DNA of 40,125 nucleotides from the NCBI GenBank assembly GCA_004022145.1, contig RCNU01000025.1; one strand, given 5' to 3'. This stretch comes from Paecilomyces variotii (lineage: Eukaryota). The first letter of the stretch is position 1. The number at the start of each line of letters is the position of its first letter. The notes below the pieces were generated by a model. The model saw only the letters and a program-made list of their open reading frames with translations, was not told where the DNA came from and ran no database searches. Shown here one piece after another: positions 22,253 through 32,749 of the stretch. The position numbers and the translations under genes were made by a program.

Positions 22253-22454
22253 CGTCAGTTGCCAATCTTGTCAACCTCTCAAGTAGACTACAGTAGCAGA
22301 AAAGGCGGCCGCGTCTGCTATTTATGTGTTCAGCCCTTACCAGATATATCGCGTGAATTTTGTTGTGTCTGGTGCGGACGTGGAACTAAAATCATGAACA
22401 CACCGCCAATTTGATACGTGGCGTCTGCGCAGAGTTCCAAGATCCCTGACTTCT

Positions 22455-22981
22455 ATGGGGCAACAGCTCGACGATGTGCGGGTCGTTAGCCAGGATGAAC
22501 GGACTCAACACCTTGACCTTACCAAAAAACCAGCACATGAGGTCTTGAATCAAGAGCCGCAGAATTCTGACACAGGAAGCAGGTCTTTTGCGCCCGATGC
22601 CAGACCTCCATCCCCCTCACATGATTTGCGTACGAGCGCCGAATCTGCACCTCAGCCGATGCCAGATTTGAATCGGCCATACATGGCAAAAACTGGCTGT
22701 TTTACCTGCGGTCGTAGAAGAAAAACCTGCGACAAGAAACAGCCGTCATGTACGTAACTATTTTTTCACGCTGAGTGGACACCTGTGTCTCCTGGTAAGT
22801 ATGCCTCGCTGACAGATAACTCCAGGTGGGGTGTGTGGAAGGTAGACCATGTGAGGGCTATAAGCAATCAGCGATTCGGCGGATGCCCAGAGCTTCGAAG
22901 TTCCCTGAGCAAAACTCGGATATTCATGCTCAATCATCGCACCCAAGACCTCAAATACGCGATCAATTTATTGCAATTCAC
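22455..22981 (+). pseudogene. Degenerate Zn(II)2Cys6 transcription factor fragment truncated by a LINE
   Basis: KTGCFTCGRRRKTCDKKQPSC, intron, then PCEGY out of frame; sequence switches to LINE RT at ~22982. Confidence 0.65.
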
Positions 22982-25542
22982 GGGGAAAGGGTAAGCCGGT
23001 GGTATCCTTGCTGAGGCTGGATGTGTCAGGAGCATATGATAATGTATCCCACGAACGATTACTCCATAACCTCAGAAAACGGCGACTGGCCAACTCGTGC
23101 CCTGGGTAAAGGCCTTTCTCTCAAACCGAAGCACGACAATCCGGATACCCGAGGGCAAATCAGACCCCTTCCCGACACCAACCGGCATTCCCCAAGGATC
23201 GCCAATTTCACCTATCCTCTACCTAATCTACAACACAAATCTTATCAAAATCCACGGGAATGAAGTGACTAGCAACGGCTGGGTAAATAACGCCTGCTTT
23301 ATAGCTAAGGGAGATAGCAAGCGGGAGACCATCAGGAAACTCAGATTGGCTTGCTAAAAGGCGGACCAATGGGCCAAAACCTATGCCTCTGTATTTAATC
23401 TGAAGAAGTATGCGCTTATACACTTTGTGAACACCCAAGAGGTCGATTTGTAATACACACCGCTATCTCTCTAAAGATATATAGTGGCCGCAATCTGAAC
23501 AGCTGAACATTATTTGGGATACTGGCTAAACCCTGAGCTAGAATTTAATTATCACAGGGAAAAGGCAACTGTCAAGGCAGACATGTCTCTCTAAGCGTTA
23601 CGGAGCCTAATAGGTTCAATATAGGGAGCCTCTATTTCAGCTATATATAGAATCTACCAAGCAGTAGTTGTCCCCCAAATACTCTTTAGGGTATTAGCCT
23701 AGTACTAACCAATGGTAATTAGCAAGACGAAGGCACGCACAATTAGTTAACCTTTCATAACTATCTAGAAGTAGGCAGCGTGCCTAATTAGTAGAGTGTT
23801 TAGAATAATAGCAGCGGAAGCTCTGAATATTAAATTATACCTACCTCCTATTATAATCTATATAAACCGGCTTATAAAAGAAATAGCTGTGTAGTTATAA
23901 ACAGGACTAACTTTTATTATTCCCCCTATAATGCTATAAAGTCAACCTATAGATAAGAGAGACTGGTCTGGATAGATACTGATAGAGGTATAAGCCTAGA
24001 AGATAGGCAGATATCTTATTAATCTCTTAGATATTTTAGCGAGCTGCTGGGAGAGTTAAAAGGTATTTATTTAAGCGCTATGGCAAGCGCTACTAAAGGT
24101 AATTATCGAAGATAGAGAGATAGCAATATATAATTAGACTAGATCTTAGCCAAAGATTTAAGCAAAAGACCCTTAATACTATATACCAATAGAAGCAGAA
24201 TTAAAAGAAGGGTCGGAGCGGCAGCGATTATTAGCCTTAAAGATTAATATACTCACAGCTAGATAGGCGATAATAATATATCTACTATATATGCTGCCGA
24301 GCTTTACAGCATTAAGATAGCACTTATATTATTCTTAGAGAGCACAGAATCGTGGGCTATATGGGGGAAAAAAGGGCTTGTCATCTTCACAGATAGCTAG
24401 GCGGCATTAAAGGTACTCCGCCAGCCGCGAATGCTATCCGGACAGGTCTATCTAGCAGGTTGTCTAGACCTTATATACCAACTCGGTACAAAAGGCATTC
24501 CGACAGAGCTTAGGTAGATTCTAGCTCATCAAGGAGTAATTAGTAATAAGCTTACAGATTAATATGCAAAAGAAGCTGCGCAGGAGCCCTAAGGACTAGA
24601 GAACCCTTATAATCGATATATCCACCTAGCTACTACAGCTAAACGCTAAATTCACAGCAAGGCGAAGATTGAGTGGGAGAGGGCGTGGGCGAAGGAGAGG
24701 ACTAGCCGACTAATGAAATGCCTAATTGAGGCACCAATAAAAAAGGCGCTGGTATACTGGTTAGGGCTATATAAGGCAACATCGTTAATTCTAATATAAC
24801 TTCGAACTGGGAAAATCAGTCTTAGTGCATATCTGAGTCGCATTAACTAATGCAACTTACCCCGGTGCGACTGCGACCTAGGCAACCAGATAGTGACTTA
24901 TGTTTTACTCAATTACCCGCTGCACCAGGACAAGCGCAATTAGATAAGAAGCGCTCTTTCCAACCAAGGAATCGCTCTCCGCCGGGATAAGATTTTGACC
25001 CGGCCAGAGGCTCGCATAATTATGGCCGAATTCATGGTTAAAACCAGCCTCCTAGGCTAGTTTCAGGTGGTCGATCCAACTACTCTATATGTAGAAGAGG
25101 GTGATAAGAAAGATTAACCCTTCAGAACAGTGTGACAGAAGGAGAAGGATAGTGCCTAAAAGGACTGTAGTGCCAGGTCCACTATAATCCCTTAATTAAA
25201 GCAAACGCGCGAGTGGCAGCCGATAGTCTGGGTGGCTGTGCAGAAGTAGGTGCGAGGGAGGTAATTATGGGGAAGGTGATCCTGGGTTGTAGCAAGAACC
25301 AGGGGGAATGTTCGTTTTGAATTTCCTACTTGTTTATGGTGTTTGCATATCTGCGTTTCTTTTATCTGCATATATTTGAGGACGACCAATCAGGAGCTCG
25401 CTCCGCGAGCCTCATGAAACAGTCGTTCAGTGGGCTGGCAACCACTTTAAAGCTGTCGGCAGGCCGGATAGCACTCCCGTATAGCAGCATAGATTAGAGC
25501 GAGCTACATCGGGCAAATGAATTCATCATCATCATCATCATC
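22982..25542 (+). mobile_element. 5'-truncated Tad1-like LINE (RT to 3' end), diverged relative of 4478-11034, RIP-damaged
   Basis: LDVSGAYDNVSH, PWVKAFLSNRST, GIPQGSPISPILYL; ORF2 stop at 25115-25117; same 3' end GCTACATCGGGCAAAT.AATT followed by (CAT)6; no TSD found. Confidence 0.92.
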
Positions 25543-26307
25543 TTGCTGGCAGGACGGCAGTTGTCAGATTTTAAAATCACAGGTTTTGGGGAGCTGCAGT
25601 ACAGACTCACAGGGTGCGTATTACCCGAAGGTAGAGCCGCCTCACTTTTGAACGAATTCTTGCCGCTCTTCCGGACAGAGTTTGGTTGTCAGTATTTTAC
25701 GCATTAGGTCTGTACGTACGAGTATACGCAACCCAGTTGTGATTCGGAACTACAGTCAGCGAGGCTTTGATTGGATGGGATGCTGAGGAATTACAGGTTC
25801 AGCCTTCGCAGAGATTGCCTCCTGATCGCCACTTGGTTCCAAGGAACATCTGGAACTAGTCGGTCGTAATTCATGAAAGGTTCCCCTCGAGTAGACGCAC
25901 GCCTCGCTCATACCGCTATGGCCCTTGTGTACAGTGGCGCCACAGAAGTCTGCGACCACCCCTTTGACCGCCAGCATCTCCGCCTCCCTATTATAGCCTA
26001 CCTAAAGGTAGTCGCGCGTCGCGTTCTACATTACGTTATTGAAGATAATTTTTTGTGCAGCAGAATTAATGGCAGAAAAAAGCCGTCAATCAGGGGGTGG
26101 TCGCAGACTTTTGCGTCGCCACTGTAGGTCCGCTTGCTACGTACGACAGTACAGTACACTAATTAGGGCAGGGACGAGTACTAGGCAAATTGACAAAGTC
26201 GTGCCATAGAACTGAAGACAAGTAATAGGCCGCTTTAATTCGACCCTGCAAGGTTGTGGGGGTTCCAGGCTGGCTTTGCTAGCGAGTTGCGCACGAGGGA
26301 GTGCTCA

Positions 26308-26342
26308 GAAAAGTTGTGATAGAAGTGACCAATGAGCGTGGG
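26308..26342 (-). repeat. Dispersed non-coding element, copy 5 (inverted)
   Basis: Reverse complement reads CCCACGCTCATTGGTCACTTCTATCACAACTTTTC. Confidence 0.85.
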
Positions 26343-26584
26343 TTTTATCAATGTGCACGATGCGAGTTTAATGGAACACTACAGTTGTGGAAAGTTACTC
26401 CAGTATCCAAAGGGAGAAATCTCTTCATTGGTGATTATTTCGGAGCAGAGACTTGTGGCCAGCCCATAGGAGGATGCACCGTCGTTAGCCGCAATGTCAA
26501 GTATTTAAGCCCTGGATTCTCGAAAGTTACTCCAACCTACCTTGCATGACATTCATGGTACTCTGCCGTATCTTGACCACCGAC

Positions 26585-26860
26585 ATGTGTTGCGAAATCT
26601 TCATCGTTATTATTGCTCTTGTAGCTGCTGCTCGTCGGAGCCACGCGCGAAAGAACCAAGAGGTGGCGCAAGAGACGCTTACAAAGGACACTGCTTCCGA
26701 AACCACACTTGCCCCCAGATCTACCAATGACAGCGACACGACGAGGGGTCTTTCAGAAAAGTCTCCCAAGAGCGCAGCCCCGGATGTAGAGAAGCCATGC
26801 TGGTCGTTCTGTGACCCCTGGCGCAAGTTCAAGCGCGCCAAGCCTTGTCTTGAATATTGA
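26585..26860 (+). CDS. Small hypothetical protein (MCC paralogue A, 91 aa)
   Basis: Starts MCC, hydrophobic N-terminus; shares ASET.TLA, G.SEK..K, SF.D.W.KFKR with 28191..28511(-). Confidence 0.6.
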   Translation: MCCEIFIVIIALVAAARRSHARKNQEVAQETLTKDTASETTLAPRSTNDSDTTRGLSEKSPKSAAPDVEKPCWSFCDPWRKFKRAKPCLEY

Positions 26861-27239
26861 AGGTGTCCAAGCCGACGCGAGGCCGGAGTTTCGGTGCCTG
26901 GCCGACTGTCTGACTTCAAAGGCGCCTCCGTACTGTCGTCAATGGATGAACCGTCGCTGAAATCAAGTCGAGGCCATTCTGGGAGATGATGCAGTTTATC
27001 GTCAGCGTCATCTACTTGCTGGCATGCACGGCCTGTGCTTTGGTGGGAGCCTCTAAGCCACTTACAAGTGGCTCCGTTTCACCAAGACTGGACCAAGAGC
27101 CGCTCCTACTGCTGTATGGTACTTCATTTGCTCGTCTTTTCTCCGCAATGGATTTCAGCTATAGCTGCCCCTGCCCCGCCAGATAGTAAAGTCACAATCG
27201 AATCCTCCACCAAAGCTATTCAAGACTCCTTTCAGTATT

Positions 27240-27538
27240 AGGGCTGGACATTTATTTTTTGGTATCTCTCCCGAACGGAGAACTAACTCTGGCCAGTTAA
27301 TAGAGGTTCGTTGAAATTTTATATCAGGTAAGAACCCACATCCTTGCTTCACAGTGTCTAAGGTAGCTTGGTCTAACGTTGCTGAGTATGCAAACCAAGG
27401 AACATTCTTTCCTAACAATACGCGCAACGGCTGCCTTCGTGCATATTCCGTCCGGAAAGCACGGCCCTAATGCACAACCGAATGTGCCTTATCAACTGCA
27501 ACAAGGCGGCGACGTTCACTGAACTCTGGATGATAGGC
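27240..27538 (-). pseudogene. RecQ-like DEAH helicase fragment, RIP-damaged
   Basis: LVAVDKAHSVVH*GRAFRTEY..LRVLLGKNVPWFAYSATLD (DEAH to DKAH, W to stop, both TpG>TpA). Confidence 0.75.
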
Positions 27539-28190
27539 AGGTGGCAAAGATTGCAGCCATCTGAACCAACGAAATTAGGATCAGACAAGAGCTCTCGTCG
27601 TCACAAATAATTTGATCAACTTCTTGGAGCCGTGCGCCCCTGGTTATCGAGATATTTCAAGAAATCGGTTTTGCCGAGAAAGAGATTGTTTTCCGACGAT
27701 AGCAATATTTGAGGAGCTATCCTCGACTTTCTTCAAGGTCTTTGGTATAGCAAGTGCTTCGCAACCAAATAAACCCTTGAAATCAACAGTTGCTTATGTC
27801 CGCTTTACAAATTCCCGATCCTATCATGCATCACGCTTTTGCCCCGGTTTATCGTAACTATCGGAACAGTTAAAAATAATAGTCAACAAGAAAACACTCA
27901 AGACGACATTTATGGCAGATATGCTGGGTTCAGTGACCAATTCATGTGCCTGGAATGTGCATGACTCTTTAGGGCTCTCATCAATCTTTGGTAGAACTAT
28001 CCATAGCAATATTTCACCACAATTTCTAGGATTCATGACATTGTAGATCTCTTCTCCATTGCCAATATAGTCAAACCGTGGAAACTCAAATGCAGGCAAT
28101 CAGCAACTCGAGCCTGTATCCCGACGCAGGTCCAACTGCAGACCAAGCTAGCTACAACTTGGTGGACTTGGATAGGCGAGCAAGTCGCGA

Positions 28191-28511
28191 TCAACGCAAG
28201 TACTGGCGCTTGAATTTATACCATCGGTCTCCGAACGAACGACGTGATTTCTGCCCCCCATCGACTGTGGACATCTTGTAGACCTTTTCCGAAAAGCCCT
28301 GTTTGGAGTCTCTTCCTTTGGAAGACAGGGAAGCCAGGGTGGATGTCTCGGAGGCAGGTCCATCCAACATGTTCTTGCCTTTGAGCGGAGCGAGCTTTTG
28401 TCTTTCGCGGTACCTGCGGACAGCAGTATCGAGACTGGTCTCACCAGGTTTACTCCAACCCGCAGGACGAGGCACCACAACGTACATCGAGGCGTGCATG
28501 CCACAGCACAT
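28191..28511 (-). CDS. Small hypothetical protein (MCC paralogue B, 106 aa)
   Basis: Starts MCC; shares motifs with 26585..26860(+). Confidence 0.6.
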   Translation of the reverse strand: MCCGMHASMYVVVPRPAGWSKPGETSLDTAVRRYRERQKLAPLKGKNMLDGPASETSTLASLSSKGRDSKQGFSEKVYKMSTVDGGQKSRRSFGDRWYKFKRQYLR

Positions 28512-28835
28512 GTTAGGCGGTCGATGGTGCGTGCCGAAATGTGAGGTTGCACCAGATTAAGGGTGGATTCTTGTTGAGGACGAGGGGCACAGAATCGGAC
28601 AGTGGTGAATAGAAGTAGACTTGAGGGATTGCAAATGTAGGAGGGTGACTTTCGTGCACCTGGGGTGCTTCAATAAATATCGTAGTTACCTACGATGACA
28701 AAGGTTAAGAGTAAAGTTGATGAGTCGAAGTTAGCCACGGCCCCCTCCCCCGCCCAGCGTGTATTGATTATCTCAGATGGTTGATGAATTCCCGTTCACC
28801 CGCGCTACGGGGCGGAAAGGTTGTTTGTGGGAGCA

Positions 28836-28893
28836 GGTAGGCAGACCCGCAACTGGCGCCAACGCTTATTCGTCACTTCTATCACAACTTTTC
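28836..28893 (+). repeat. Dispersed non-coding element, copy 6 (between paralogue B and the ada-like gene)
   Basis: GGTAGGCAGACCCGCAACTGGCGCCAACGCTTATTCGTCACTTCTATCACAACTTTTC matches 14615-14672 over ~58 bp. Confidence 0.9.
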
Positions 28894-29411
28894 TTACCAA
28901 TATCTGTGTCCACCCACACCTCTTTCCGTGGTGGCTGCGCCACATCCTGATCCCAAAAATCCTGGTCACACTTTACCAAAAATCAAGTGACCTGGGGGAG
29001 GCGAACATGGGGTTCTTCACTAAATCTGCGGTCATGTGATGCTTCTTCTGTATTAGTCATCAACACGACCTTTCCTTTTTCGTTACAGTGCGCTCAGACC
29101 ACAGCCAATGATGAGGCCGAATTCTGCCAAATTCTGCCACGCTAACCCGATGGGTTGCTTCATCAGTCTGTCAGCATCGCTGGAAAAAGTAGGCGGTGGA
29201 CGGCCAAATTCACCGCTTTTTGGGGGGCGGCTGGGGAAACTGAGTTAAGTCCGAGTGCTGTTTGACCACTCCTTCAGTTCGTCCTGTTTGACCATTACGC
29301 AGCAAATCTGAACCCCATATATCCACTATATCTTGACTATCCTACCTTGAATATATAAATCACATACCGGGATAATTTTCTCAAGAGCATTTTCTAAAAA
29401 CACAGTGCGAT

Positions 29412-30125
29412 ATGGAACCATCTCCACCACTACCGCTCTTGCCTCCACAACCGACGTCCATGGCGGCGGCTTCCGCAGCATCACGCTGGAAGGCGGTAGC
29501 CGCGCGAGATGCGTCCAACAACACCTTTGTCTACGCCGTCCGCTCGACACGCATCTACTGTCGCCCATCATGCCCGGCGCGCCTCGCGCGGCGGGCAAAC
29601 GTCGAATTTTTCGACACGCCCGCACAGGCCGAGTCGGCCGGGTACCGGGCATGCAAGCGTTGTCAGTTTGACGTCGACGTGAAAGATGATCCACGGAGTC
29701 GACTGGTCCAGCAGGCACGTGACACCATTGCTGCAGCTGTCCTTTCATCATCGCCATCGGGCCGTCGAAGACCTAGACTGCAGGAGCTCGCAGCCGAGGC
29801 GAATTTGACGCCGAGTCACTTTCATCGTGTGTTCAAGAAGATCGCCGGGGTGACGCCACTCCAGTATGCACGGGCCGTGCGAGATACAGCGAGAGCTAGC
29901 AAAGAGGCGGATAATGTGGACATTACGGGAGAGAGTGATGCCTTGTTTCTGCAAGATGCGGACGGTTTAAATCACTGGGTCGATCTTTGCCAGGCACAGC
30001 TAGACGATACGATCATACCGGACAACGATTTCACCATGGACGATCTTATTGACTGGAATCACTTCGATGACATGATAATAGCTGTAAAGGAATCTGGTGC
30101 TCTGGGTCTGGAGTTGGGCACATGA
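29412..30125 (+). CDS. Ada-like (AdaA/methylphosphotriester methyltransferase-type) Zn-binding plus AraC-HTH regulator, intronless, 237 aa
   Basis: RWKAVAARD..FVYAVRSTRIYCRPSCPAR...NVEFF...AESAGYRACKRC (four Zn cysteines); LQELAAEANLTPSHFHRVFKKIAGVTPLQYAR HTH; acidic C-terminal tail. Confidence 0.9.
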   Translation: MEPSPPLPLLPPQPTSMAAASAASRWKAVAARDASNNTFVYAVRSTRIYCRPSCPARLARRANVEFFDTPAQAESAGYRACKRCQFDVDVKDDPRSRLVQQARDTIAAAVLSSSPSGRRRPRLQELAAEANLTPSHFHRVFKKIAGVTPLQYARAVRDTARASKEADNVDITGESDALFLQDADGLNHWVDLCQAQLDDTIIPDNDFTMDDLIDWNHFDDMIIAVKESGALGLELGT

Positions 30126-30414
30126 TTACGCTCGGTGGGCGAAGGCACTATAGTATGGCTTGAGTGCATGACGTGAAAACGGGCAGCGAGTGACGCTGCG
30201 CCGTCATCAGCAACTTGTTATTAATGTTATTAGCATAGTCTGTTTAGCTATCACAAGGCCGAAATAGGCAGTGGCCAGGCATAGACTTGATTTCGAGGTG
30301 TCGGTCAGTTACTAGTGGAGCATGCACTTTCGAAGTCGCGCGCCATGAGACTAGCCCGACGGCAAATATGGCTCTTGGCTATGAAAGGCCGTGACAAGAG
30401 CGGCTAGATTCATT

Positions 30415-31261
30415 TTAGGAAGTAGTGCGTTCTATGTCGACCCAGACCCCTGGACTACTTATAGGAACCCCCAATACTTCTCGTAAAAAACTCGCAAGAC
30501 AGCCATTAAGCTCCAAAATCTCCTTACTCTGGGGCACGTAATGGCCGCCGCAAAACTCATAAATCCATGGATACTTACACCGCCGGGCAAGCTTCTTTTT
30601 CTGAAGAGGGGAAATTGTTGCATCCGCGACGCCGATGGTGTGGAAAATTGGGGTCACAATCTTTGGCGAATAGAAAGATTCGTAGCACCTGTTTTCGAGT
30701 TTGAATCCACTGAGGCATATAGCGAATCTTAATTGCGGGTGCGTCGTCTGAGTAAGACCAGTCAGCCGTAAGATTTATATGGACGCAAAATAAGTGCAGG
30801 GAAGATGATGGTACCCTCAATGTAATGCCATAAATTTTTCCTCTTTTTTCCAACAATGACGCGATGATGGCAGTTATAGCGGCACCAGAGGAAAATCCAA
30901 CTATGCCGATAAAAGGACCGTTTTGTTCGAGTGTATCAAGGATATGCTCGATAGACCTCTGCAAGCCTCTTATCTCATCGTGCTTAGGTTCACCATAGCC
31001 CGAAACCCGCTGATAACTAAAGTTGTCATCATCGGGCTAGACTGGCCATATAGCGGACAGAAATTTGAATTCGAACTCCATCTCGTTTGACAGAGTGCGA
31101 AATATTTTTCGCACATACCTAGTTTTTGGCCTAAAAATGTCTGCAGACTGACCATGTCCTAAAGTCTTATATTAGCACTCACGCAAAAGCGATTCATTAG
31201 GGATTGGACCAAACTCAGCTATACCATGAAGCATCAGCATTTTCTGAGGCTTGGCGGTCAT
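30415..31261 (-). pseudogene. FSH1/DUF341 serine hydrolase, 3 exons, one premature TAG at 31037-31039
   Basis: MLMLHG/HGQSA, GPFIGIVGFSSGAA, TPIFHTIGVADATI, FCGGHYVP (Ser-Asp-His triad positions). Confidence 0.8.
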
Positions 31262-31554
31262 CCTGGAATGACGAGTCCATGAAAGAAGAGTGTATAGCAG
31301 GGATGATATGACTTATCAATCTTTCAAATTGAGGGCGCGTCTTACTTTATAACTAACTACTAACTAGCGAGCGAGGCTTAGTCAGAGCTACTAACTAACG
31401 TATGACGATGACTGAATGAGTTAACCGTTTACACCAGGTCCCTTGGCGAGCCAATAACGCGCAGAACGAAATTACGTTATCGATTTTGGATTGGAATTCC
31501 CAAGCCTAGATTTGTTGAATTTAAAAAGGGGTGGTGAAGAGAAGATGGTGAAGT

Positions 31555-31640
31555 GTTGGTACACGGAAGAGCGTCGTCGTGTTTAGAAGAGCGTTGGTAA
31601 CCGAAACAAGTTGGTAAACGAAAATGCGTTGGTAAACGTA
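31555..31640. repeat. Four copies of GTTGGTA(A/C)(A/C)CG, possible DNA-transposon terminus
   Basis: Copies at 31555, 31593, 31610, 31628; last followed by TA. Confidence 0.5.
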
Positions 31641-32749
31641 TGAATCGCTAAAAGGGAGGGTGCTCACGTGTTGAAAATCCAGAGCTCCTCGAATCAAATG
31701 TAGCTTCCCCTGTTGATCCTTCGAGAGGGCTATTAGCTGGTGGAGCGTAAGCAGTTCATTGCTCCTCGCGTTGCACGATAGTGTCAGTTCTTTTTTTCTT
31801 TGCGAGGTTTCAAGCTCATGATTGGATGCTCGCCTTCGCAATTTTGAGCTTATTCGCTACTGAGAATGTGGAAAGCTCCTGGGAACATAGAGCTATTCGT
31901 AAAAGCAAAAGAAACGTAAAATAATCGGGGATTTGTCGCGTTTTGATGCAAATTTTCCATTCATTCAGAGCAACCGAGGCTGAGATGTGCGAGTGATTGG
32001 CAGAATTCTGTTGGAAATTACAAGTGTTAGGTCATTTTGCTCTAGATACCCTGCCGAGTATGCAAACTTGGTAAGAGATATTACTTGTGATACTATTGAT
32101 TACCGCACTCGCTTTACTGCTAAGAGCAAGGGACCGGAAGCCAAGTGGGTATTCAAAGAGGCTAATGTGATGAACCTGATTTTCTTAACGTAAACATTCG
32201 TTTAAACAACACCTGGGTAACAACTGATGATGATGAGTGGTGGCTGGATATGCCGGAATCGGACCCATCGGTACGACCATTAGGTATTGATTTGAAACAT
32301 ACTCGTTATAGTGATAGTGATACCAGCACAGAAATATATCAATACAAATACGGGTGGCTGTGCGAGACATCTGTGGCTGTGTAAGAAACGGGTTCGATAT
32401 GACAAACTAATACTATATTTTCAGTACAGTATTAATTACAATACTACGACTCCTTGTTCCCTACCTCCTACCTACTACACTCTCTTTCTGTTGCAGGTCT
32501 CGTCTACAAGTGGGTAAAACCCGTGTATAATGGCCCCTTTCATTTGATACTCGAATATAGCAGATATGTTTGAATCAGAACAGTATTCAGGAGAGCTACC
32601 GCCCATGTATATATCTGATCTATTTTACTACCAGTACTGATACATCAAATCACCTTTTTTCAGGAGCTTGCATTTCCTCTATAACTCAATAATTATGCAA
32701 GCAAACTATTGTCTACTAGAGAGGAAGGCGAAGCTAGGGTTAGAAAAAA

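Noticed and set aside
26986-28099. Short ORFs 26986..27186, 27612..27857, 27824..28099
   Set aside because: No recognisable family; likely fragments of decayed genes. The first has a signal-like start but nothing else supports it.
29100-29330. E. coli-type Ada box (AAT-N6-GCAA) upstream of the ada-like gene
   Set aside because: Only mismatched candidates seen (e.g. CATTACGCAGCAA near 29293); too short to be significant.
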